Shown here: one piece after another, positions 27,167 to 32,947 of the stretch
Layout of the letters: every line of letters starts with the position of its first letter
Position numbering within the stretch: the first letter of the stretch is position 1
UHGV virus genome: UHGV-0038968
Origin: a virus
DNA: 32,947 bases
Strand: one strand, 5' to 3'
Made by a program: the position numbers and the translations under genes
The notes under the pieces: model-generated
What the model was told of the DNA's origin: nothing
Seen by the model: the letters and a program-made list of their open reading frames with translations, nothing else
Databases searched by the model: none

Positions 27167-27995
27167 GACGATGCCCTCCGCTGATATTCAGGAGACGGTG
27201 AATATGAAAATTAGCCTTATCCGCCAGACGAATACGTTCAGCTTGCAAGTTAAGAAGGGTTTCTACCAGAACCTGATGTGCCTGCGGATCCGAAAGAGTT
27301 ACCTTGCGCAGAGCACGTAGTGCAGTTGTTACATAACTGAGTTTATGTAAGTCTTCATCATTCAGACGAGTGAGGGCTGGGACAGTAGCCATGATGGCAG
27401 CCTCCTTGATCGGTGAAATACTTCCACCACCGGAAACGCCAATTTCGCTGGTGGTGAACTGAACGGGGTTGGCGTAACCGGTGATCAAGGAAACCGGCGC
27501 ATCTTTCGATGCCCCCGCCCAGCCCACCATAACTTTGATGTGAGCAAATGCGGACGATAAAAAAGACGCTGGCGCGTCATATATCGCCTTGATCAATTCC
27601 AGGACGCCAATCCCGGCACCCGCTTTATAAGGTGCCTGAACAGTGTAACGTCCCGGAATGGCAGAATCAATGTGCTGGTGGTCCTTCACACTCAACAAAA
27701 TCACGCCTGAATTTCCACAAAGGGCTAAAGCACTCATGCGGGTAGTCTTTGCGAAGATAGATAACGCGCTGTGTTTCTGACTCCCAACGAATAACATGAA
27801 CATAAAGTCCTCTTCCGTCACGAAACCAGCGGTTAAGTTCCTGCACAACTCGCCCCCCACAGTCAGGTAAAGTTCTCTGTGGTTACTTACAGCCAGGAGA
27901 TTTGGTAATCTGCATTCATGCCGTAACAACACGTGTTCAGCGACGCTGACCACCAGCTGTTGCGACAAACGGTTATTTGCCGTTAAACTGTTCAT
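27159..27995 (-). CDS. Hypothetical protein (278 aa), unknown function, early-right operon
   Basis: Long ORF tightly packed between the CII/YdaT-like gene and the small ORF; no motif recognised (no Walker A). Confidence 0.55.
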   Translation of the reverse strand: MNSLTANNRLSQQLVVSVAEHVLLRHECRLPNLLAVSNHRELYLTVGGELCRNLTAGFVTEEDFMFMLFVGSQKHSALSIFAKTTRMSALALCGNSGVILLSVKDHQHIDSAIPGRYTVQAPYKAGAGIGVLELIKAIYDAPASFLSSAFAHIKVMVGWAGASKDAPVSLITGYANPVQFTTSEIGVSGGGSISPIKEAAIMATVPALTRLNDEDLHKLSYVTTALRALRKVTLSDPQAHQVLVETLLNLQAERIRLADKANFHIHRLLNISGGHRHA

Positions 27996-28561
27996 GCGTT
28001 AGTTTCTCCACAACCAGAAGCAATCGACGCCACGACGCCCGGAGCTGCACACTCGCGGGCGTCATTACTTTCTGAAATGCAAAAGATTTTGTAGACCAGT
28101 GCTGCATGCTCCTGCAGCTTCGAAATTGAGAGATACAGCTCGTCGTTAATTGCTGTCTTCTCATGCGGTTCCACTACACCGTCTTCGATTGCTGAACGAA
28201 TCTGTTTTGAATAACTGCCGATCTGTTCAATGACTTCCAGCAGACGCTGGTTAATATCGGCGTTGTCCACATCCTCGACGTCAGGAAGAGACACAAAGAC
28301 GCCATTTGCAGACTGCGCCACAGCGTCAGCAATGAAGTGAGTTCCACCAGCACGTTGCAAAATCATTGCCCATCCCAGCGGGAAAATCTGATCGCCATCG
28401 GCACGAAGGCGGTTAAATAATGCGTTCTCTGTTACATCCAGCCAGTCAGCTGCTTCAGCGTAACCACCCGGCAACTTTGCGATAGTTTTTCTGACAGCTT
28501 TCACGTACCACTCAGGCTGTTTTTCTACTTTCCAGTGATGCTTACCCACGGTTAGCCTCAT
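27992..28561 (-). CDS. CII-like / YdaT-like early regulatory protein (putative)
   Basis: 189 aa; second gene after cro on the rightward operon, the position CII-type regulators occupy; assignment tentative. Confidence 0.4.
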   Translation of the reverse strand: MRLTVGKHHWKVEKQPEWYVKAVRKTIAKLPGGYAEAADWLDVTENALFNRLRADGDQIFPLGWAMILQRAGGTHFIADAVAQSANGVFVSLPDVEDVDNADINQRLLEVIEQIGSYSKQIRSAIEDGVVEPHEKTAINDELYLSISKLQEHAALVYKIFCISESNDARECAAPGVVASIASGCGETNA

Positions 28562-28592
28562 CGTTCTGTGGTTAAAAATTGAAAGTGTTCTG

Positions 28593-28793
28593 CTAATCTT
28601 TCGGATAGATATCCGGTCTTAAGTCAGATTTCGTAATTGCACCTGACGTGCATTGCTCAAGTTTTTTAGCCAGCACAAAACTGGCTTTTTTATAGCCATT
28701 GAAAACCAGCCGTAAGTAGCCAGGTGTTGAGCCAACTTTTCCGGCCAACTCGCCCTGCTGTTCTTTGGTTAAAGAGTCCCAATACGCTTTCAT
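28593..28793 (-). CDS. Cro-like (YdaS/Cro family) HTH regulator
   Basis: 66 aa from internal ATG at 28793 (MKAYWDSLTKEQQGELAGKVGSTPGYLRLVFNG...); the longer track ORF would overlap cI; divergent from cI across an operator region; GGAGGT upstream. Confidence 0.65.
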   Translation of the reverse strand: MKAYWDSLTKEQQGELAGKVGSTPGYLRLVFNGYKKASFVLAKKLEQCTSGAITKSDLRPDIYPKD

Positions 28794-28883
28794 ACAATAT
28801 GTACCTCCGGTGTACATATTACATGATTGAAATGAACCTTCAAGATACTTGTACCTTAACGGTACAAGGGTTTTAATTTCGTT
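28794..28883. promoter_or_regulatory. Right operator/promoter region between cro and cI
   Basis: Two palindromes: ATGTACC-TCCGG-TGTACAT (28799-28817) and CTTGTACC-TTAAC-GGTACAAG (28847-28868); candidate minus-strand promoter TTGAAG (28838-28843) and TAATAT (28816-28821). Confidence 0.55.
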
Positions 28884-29558
28884 ATGAAAACAATCCATGA
28901 CATCCGGCGGTCTAACGCCAGAAAATTGAGAGATGGTGTTGGCGGGAATTCTTCCTTTGCCACTATGATTGATCGCGAGCCAACCCAGACCAGCAGGTTT
29001 ATGGGAGATGGTGCTACTAAAAATATCGGTGACAGCATGGCACGACACATCGAAAAATGTTTCGACCTGCCTGTCGGATGGCTCGATCAAGAACACCAGA
29101 CAACGAACATCACAAAAAAACCTGATGTTTCAATCACTAATAAACAAATCACATTAGTCCCTGTCATATCATGGGTACAGGCCGGAGCATGGAAAGAAGT
29201 TGGATATTCTGAGGTTGATTTGAGCACAGCAGAAACGTATCCCTGCCCTGTACCCTGTGGGGAAATGACTTATATCTTGCGGGTGATAGGTGATTCAATG
29301 ATTGATGAGTACCGCCCGGGAGACATGATTTTTGTCGATCCTGAAGTACCTGCCTGCCACGGTGACGACGTTATTGCATTGATGCACGATACAGGCGAAA
29401 CCACCTTCAAAAGGTTGATAGAAGATGGGACACAGCGTTATCTCAAAGCGTTAAACCCAAACTGGCCTGAGCCTTACATTAAGATCAACGGTAATTGCTC
29501 TATAATTGGTACAGTGATTTTCTCAGGAAAACCAAGAAGATACAAAATCAAAGCCTAA
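28884..29558 (+). CDS. CI-type repressor with C-terminal LexA-like S24 autopeptidase domain
   Basis: 224 aa; N-terminal HTH region, C-terminal VIGDSM (Ser) and TTFKRL (Lys) motifs of S24 peptidases; divergent from cro. Confidence 0.85.
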   Translation: MKTIHDIRRSNARKLRDGVGGNSSFATMIDREPTQTSRFMGDGATKNIGDSMARHIEKCFDLPVGWLDQEHQTTNITKKPDVSITNKQITLVPVISWVQAGAWKEVGYSEVDLSTAETYPCPVPCGEMTYILRVIGDSMIDEYRPGDMIFVDPEVPACHGDDVIALMHDTGETTFKRLIEDGTQRYLKALNPNWPEPYIKINGNCSIIGTVIFSGKPRRYKIKA

Positions 29559-29572
29559 TCAATGTTTATGAA

Positions 29573-29593
29573 CCTGCTTCGGCAGGTTTTTTT
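29573..29593 (+). terminator. Intrinsic terminator after the repressor gene
   Basis: CCTGC-TTCG-GCAGG followed by TTTTTTT. Confidence 0.7.
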
Positions 29594-29597
29594 ATAC

Positions 29598-29631
29598 TTG
29601 ACAATGTACCTTTGGGATACATAATGTACCC
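29598..29631 (+). promoter_or_regulatory. pL-like promoter with overlapping operator
   Basis: TTGACA (29598-29603), 16-17-nt spacer, CATAAT/ATAATG; palindrome ATGTACC-TTTGG-GATACAT (29604-29622) of the same form as the right operator, plus another ATGTACC at 29624-29630. Confidence 0.6.
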
Positions 29632-29751
29632 AAGCGAAACAACGAACAGGCAGGACGCCCACGAAGTAGCCGCCTGGGGCATATGAAGTCCAGGATGATT
29701 CGTTGAGTCATGTTGTGCCACTAGGCACTCATGTTAAAGCAGGTGTATGAA

Positions 29752-30027
29752 ATGAAAGTCCAGATTTTAAACAATAACTGTGAAGTCGTTTGGTCATACG
29801 ACATAGCCGCCCCTGTAGATCAGAGCGGCGATAGCTGGACCAATGGGAAACATCAGATTATGGCTGGAGTTGTGTTCTCTTTACGCCGTGCTTTGGAACA
29901 GGCTGAAGTATTTCCATCAGACCCTGAATGGAAATGGCCTTTTTCTATTTGTCCAAATTCGGAGAGCACATTTCAGAAAATTGGTCAGAAAGTCGCACTC
30001 GAAGAGCATCAGCCAACTGTTTCCTGA
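29752..30027 (+). CDS. Hypothetical protein (91 aa), first gene of the leftward early operon; not N-like
   Basis: Start at MKVQ with AGGTG 6 nt upstream (track ORF begins 29731 without SD); no Arg-rich motif. Confidence 0.5.
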   Translation: MKVQILNNNCEVVWSYDIAAPVDQSGDSWTNGKHQIMAGVVFSLRRALEQAEVFPSDPEWKWPFSICPNSESTFQKIGQKVALEEHQPTVS

Positions 30028-30190
30028 TTTTTTCAGGTAACTCGTCGGCATCGCAGAAACAACAACGCTCGATCATGTTGAAAGCCGATTCGTAGAACTG
30101 TTTCTGCTGAGTGTCGCTGAGACAGGAAAAGAGCGACGTTACGATGATTTTATTAATTGCATTATCAAGTTCTTTTTCATCAAAAGTCAT
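29945..30190 (-). CDS. Hypothetical protein (81 aa), convergent and 3'-overlapping with the previous gene
   Basis: AAGGAAA 6 nt upstream of the ATG; overlaps 29945-30027 with the plus-strand ORF, so one of the two may be spurious. Confidence 0.4.
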   Translation of the reverse strand: MTFDEKELDNAINKIIVTSLFSCLSDTQQKQFYESAFNMIERCCFCDADELPEKIRKQLADALRVRLSDQFSEMCSPNLDK

Positions 30191-30445
30191 TTGATTTTCC
30201 TTTTATGTATACGGGCTTAAAAGGATACCACCGAGCCTGAAGTGGTGAAAAGACAGGCACATAACAGCTAAGTATTTTCAACCAGAGAGAATCCTTAGCG
30301 TTGTGGTGAATGCGGCTCAGCGCACGCGGGTTAAGGTTGAGGCTGACAGTCGACCTTCTGTGGATACCCACCCGTCTGGTGTGCAACCTTCGCCAGGCAC
30401 CGGGAGGCACCCGGCACCACAACTTTATGCTGTGTGTAGTCCTGG

Positions 30446-30490
30446 CGGTACCAGTTTGTACCCTTGCTTCCGGCTGGTACCGTCCTTTTT
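30446..30490 (+). terminator. Intrinsic terminator-like hairpin in the GC-rich non-coding region
   Basis: CGGTACCAG (30446-30454) pairs with CTGGTACCG (30474-30482), 19-nt loop, then TCCTTTTT. Confidence 0.5.
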
Positions 30491-30579
30491 ACAAAACAGA
30501 GAAGAGCATCACCGGACGACGGGCTCATAACCCAATCCATCCGGGCGGCTGCTACCGCAGGTGTTCTTCTCTGTTTTGT
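30491..30579. repeat. 15-bp perfect inverted repeat with 59-bp spacer, upstream of the yfdP-like gene
   Basis: ACAAAACAGAGAAGA (30491-30505) and TCTTCTCTGTTTTGT (30565-30579). Confidence 0.5.
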
Positions 30580-30627
30580 GGAGAAACTAATCGGCCTTGC
30601 AGGGTCGATATGATGAGGAGCAGCAAA

Positions 30628-30990
30628 ATGGCTAGCGAACGCAGTACTGATGTGCAGGCATTTATCGGGGAGCTGGACGGCGGCGTATTTGAAACCAAAA
30701 TCGGCGCAGTTCTCAGTGAAGTCGCTTCCGGTGTGATGAACACGAAAACCAAAGGTAAGGTCTCACTCAACCTGGAAATCGAACCATTTGATGAGAACCG
30801 TGTGAAAATCAAACACAAACTCTCATATGTTCGCCCGACTAACCGCGGGAAAATTTCCGAAGAAGACACCACCGAAACGCCGATGTATGTCAATCGCGGT
30901 GGTCGCCTGACTATTCTGCAGGAAGACCAGGGACAATTACTGACTCTTGCCGGTGAACCTGACGGAAAACTCCGCGCAGCAGGTCATTAA
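30628..30990 (+). CDS. yfdP: YfdP-like hypothetical protein
   Basis: 120 aa from MASERSTDVQ with GAGGAG upstream; the track's N-terminal extension from 30310 looks non-coding; size and order match CPS-53 yfdP. Confidence 0.55.
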   Translation: MASERSTDVQAFIGELDGGVFETKIGAVLSEVASGVMNTKTKGKVSLNLEIEPFDENRVKIKHKLSYVRPTNRGKISEEDTTETPMYVNRGGRLTILQEDQGQLLTLAGEPDGKLRAAGH

Positions 30991-31055
30991 TATCGTTCTT
31001 AATTAACTGATTATTTATCTCATCACTGAATATCTTTATATAGTGAGGACTTATT

Positions 31056-31880
31056 ATGTCTCAGAACTTAGACGCAACCGCAATTAATCAAATCCATGCC
31101 CTTATTTCTGCTCAGGGTGTTAATGAAATTATCAGTAAGATTGGTGCCGATGCTGTGGCATTGCCTGAGAATTTCCGCATTCATGATCTGGAAAAATTTA
31201 ATTTAAATCGCTTCCGTTTCCGTGGTGCGCTTTCCACTGCCAGCATCGATGACTTTACCCGTTATTCTAAAGATCTTGCAGATGAAGGCACCCGCTGCTT
31301 TATCGATGCTGATAATATGCGTGCCGTCAGTGTGCTTAACCTGGGTACTATTGATGAACCAGGTCACGCAGATAACACCGCCACTCTCAAACTGAAAAAG
31401 ACAGCACCGTTCTCTGCTCTGTTGTCTGTTAATGGCGAGCGTAACTCCCAGAAATCACTGGCAGAATGGATTGAAGACTGGGCCGACTACCTTGTGGGCT
31501 TTGATGCTAATGGTGACACCATTCAGGCAACAAAAGCGGCTGCGGCGGTCCGTAAAATCACGATTGAAGCAAACCAGACCGCTGATTTTGAAGATAATGA
31601 CTTCAGCGGCAAACGCTCCCTGATGGAGTCTGTCGAAGCGAAGACCAAAGACATTATGCCAGTGGCATTTGAATTTAAATGCGTTCCGTTTGAAGGTCTG
31701 AAAGAACGTCCGTTTAAATTACGCCTCAGTATTATCACTGGCGATCGTCCTGTACTGGTTCTGCGCATTATTCAGCTGGAGGCGGTGCAGGAAGAAATGG
31801 CTAACGAATTTCGTGATCTACTTGTTGAGAAATTCAAGGACAGCAAAGTAGAAACCTTTATTGGTACTTTCACCGCCTGA
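31056..31880 (+). CDS. yfdQ: YfdQ-like protein (DUF2303)
   Basis: 274 aa, [21 protein letters not shown]...; length and N-terminus match my recollection of E. coli CPS-53 YfdQ. Confidence 0.7.
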   Translation: MSQNLDATAINQIHALISAQGVNEIISKIGADAVALPENFRIHDLEKFNLNRFRFRGALSTASIDDFTRYSKDLADEGTRCFIDADNMRAVSVLNLGTIDEPGHADNTATLKLKKTAPFSALLSVNGERNSQKSLAEWIEDWADYLVGFDANGDTIQATKAAAAVRKITIEANQTADFEDNDFSGKRSLMESVEAKTKDIMPVAFEFKCVPFEGLKERPFKLRLSIITGDRPVLVLRIIQLEAVQEEMANEFRDLLVEKFKDSKVETFIGTFTA

Positions 31881-31892
31881 TTTCATTACTGC

Positions 31893-31914
31893 AAATGCCC
31901 CTGCGGGGGCATTT
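31893..31914 (+). other. Hairpin after the yfdQ-like gene
   Basis: Perfect 9-bp stem AAATGCCCC / GGGGCATTT with 4-nt loop; weak U-tract, so attenuator or stability element more likely than a strong terminator. Confidence 0.4.
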
Positions 31915-32007
31915 ATGGAAACGTAATTTACTCAATAATCGCCGGATGGTGAGGGATTCTTTTTACCAGAATTCAGCGCGGTGCAGCGCATATACGTGGA
32001 GAACAAA

Positions 32008-32544
32008 ATGTCATTTATTAAAACTTTTTCCGGGAAGCATTTTTATTATGACAGGATAAATAAAGACGACATCGATATTAACGATATCGCGGTTTCCCTT
32101 TCAAATATCTGTCGCTTTGCCGGCCATCTTTCGCACTTCTACAGCGTCGCCCAACATGCGGTTCTTTGCAGCCAGCTGGTGCCGCAGGAATTTGCTTTTG
32201 AAGCGTTAATGCATGATGCAACAGAAGCGTATTGCCAGGACATTCCCGCACCACTGAAACGCCTTCTTCCTGACTATAAACAAATGGAAGAAAAAATAGA
32301 CGCCGTAATCCGTGAGAAATACGGGTTACCCCCGGTTATGAGTACGCCCGTGAAATATGCCGATCTCATCATGCTGGCAACCGAACGCCGCGATCTCGGG
32401 CTTGATGATGGCTCTTTCTGGCCTGTACTGGAAGGTATCCCGGCAACAGAGATGTTCAACGTGATTCCACTGGCACCGGGCCATGCCTACGGGATGTTTA
32501 TGGAACGCTTTAACGAGTTATCGGAGTTACGCAAATGCGCATGA
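32008..32544 (+). CDS. yfdR: HD-domain phosphohydrolase, YfdR-like 5'-deoxynucleotidase
   Basis: 178 aa from MSFIKTFSGKHFYYD with GGAGA upstream; HD motif (H...ALMHDATEAY); length matches CPS-53 YfdR. Confidence 0.8.
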   Translation: MSFIKTFSGKHFYYDRINKDDIDINDIAVSLSNICRFAGHLSHFYSVAQHAVLCSQLVPQEFAFEALMHDATEAYCQDIPAPLKRLLPDYKQMEEKIDAVIREKYGLPPVMSTPVKYADLIMLATERRDLGLDDGSFWPVLEGIPATEMFNVIPLAPGHAYGMFMERFNELSELRKCA

Positions 32545-32897
32545 ATGTTTTCGAAATGGAAGGGTTTCTTCGTGGGAGATGTGTACCGCGAGATCTGAAA
32601 GTAAATGAAACAGATGCTGAATACCTGGTGCGTAAATTCGATGCGCTTGAAGCTAAATGTGCAGCACAGGAAAACAAAGTAATACCAGTGTCAACTGAAC
32701 TGCCACCAGCAAATGAAAGTGTTTTGTTATTCGATGCTAACGGAGAAGGCTGGCTAATTGGCTGGCGTTCTCTCTGGTACACCTGGGGACAAAAAGAAAC
32801 CGGAGAATGGCAGTGGACATTTCAGGTCGGGGACCTTGAAAACGTCAATATCACTCACTGGGCAGTAATGCCAAAAGCACCGGAGGCTGGAGCATAA
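32535..32897 (+). CDS. yfdS: YfdS-like hypothetical protein
   Basis: 120 aa; follows the yfdR-like gene with overlap; size and order match CPS-53. Confidence 0.5.
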   Translation: MRMNVFEMEGFLRGRCVPRDLKVNETDAEYLVRKFDALEAKCAAQENKVIPVSTELPPANESVLLFDANGEGWLIGWRSLWYTWGQKETGEWQWTFQVGDLENVNITHWAVMPKAPEAGA

Positions 32898-32947
32898 TGA
32901 CCACTTTTACCGACAAAGAACTGATTAAAGAAATTAAAGAGCGTATC
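32897..32947 (+). CDS. 5' end of the next early-left gene (possibly yfdT-like), truncated by the window
   Basis: ATG at 32897 overlapping the previous stop (TAATG); open to the window end (MTTFTDKELIKEIKERI). Confidence 0.35.
   Translation, partial: MTTFTDKELIKEIKERI

Larger units (their letters stand above)
1..32947. mobile_element. Prophage segment (lambdoid regulation, HK97-like head, Mu-like contractile tail); both ends lie outside the window
   Basis: Continuous array of recognisable phage structural, lysis, replication and immunity genes; no host housekeeping genes seen. Confidence 0.9.

Noticed and set aside
28593-29096. 167-aa minus-strand ORF across the cro-cI intergenic region
   Set aside because: Its 5' two-thirds overlap the cI gene and the operator region; only the C-terminal 66 aa (from ATG at 28793) form a Cro-like protein
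29560-30200. N antiterminator gene and nutL site downstream of pL
   Set aside because: No small Arg-rich N-like ORF and no boxA/boxB arrangement found; early antitermination mechanism left unassigned
30300-30450. Possible tRNA or tRNA-like attachment target in the GC-rich non-coding region
   Set aside because: No recognisable T-loop (GTTCRANYC) or acceptor/anticodon cloverleaf could be built by eye; would need a tRNAscan run to exclude fully
30446-30482. GTACC motifs in the terminator hairpin as a third repressor operator
   Set aside because: The motifs form the stem of a hairpin and do not reproduce the ATGTACC-N5-GGTACAT spacing of the operators; likely coincidental
30491-30579. Retron-like msr/msd flanked by inverted repeats
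   Set aside because: No reverse transcriptase gene nearby and the region between the repeats is only 59 nt
30310-30990. Long 226-aa ORF fusing the upstream region to the yfdP-like gene
   Set aside because: The N-terminal 106 codons are Arg/Cys/Leu-rich with no RBS and overlap structured GC-rich DNA; a GAGGAG RBS and ATG at 30628 give the expected 120-aa protein
1-32947. Integrase, excisionase or attachment site
   Set aside because: No tyrosine or serine recombinase-like ORF in the six-frame track; integration module presumably lies outside the window

Overview
The whole 32.9-kb window is phage-derived: one mosaic temperate prophage segment with both ends outside the window. From right to left on the minus strand it runs immunity/early-right (cro-like, CII/YdaT-like, O-like replication initiator with internal iterons, RusA, KilA-N, DUF968, Q antiterminator), a lysis cassette (two holin-like proteins, GH19 endolysin, Rz with embedded Rz1), HK97-type packaging and head genes (HNH, TerS, TerL, portal, protease, major capsid) and a Mu-like contractile tail (sheath, tube, frameshifted chaperone, tape measure, DNA-circulation protein, baseplate, tail fiber). 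On the plus strand are a cI-type repressor with LexA-like S24 autopeptidase domain and an early-left cluster matching E. coli CPS-53 yfdPQRS(T). No rRNA, tRNA, CRISPR array, integrase or att site was found. All protein calls rest on reading the supplied translations and motifs by eye; no database search or GC computation was run. The best candidates for undescribed cargo are three visibly AT-rich genes of unknown function in classic moron slots (6335-6865, 19553-19828, 21790-22386), unassigned genes next to the immunity region (26930-27995, 29752-30190), and a GC-rich structured non-coding stretch (30300-30627).
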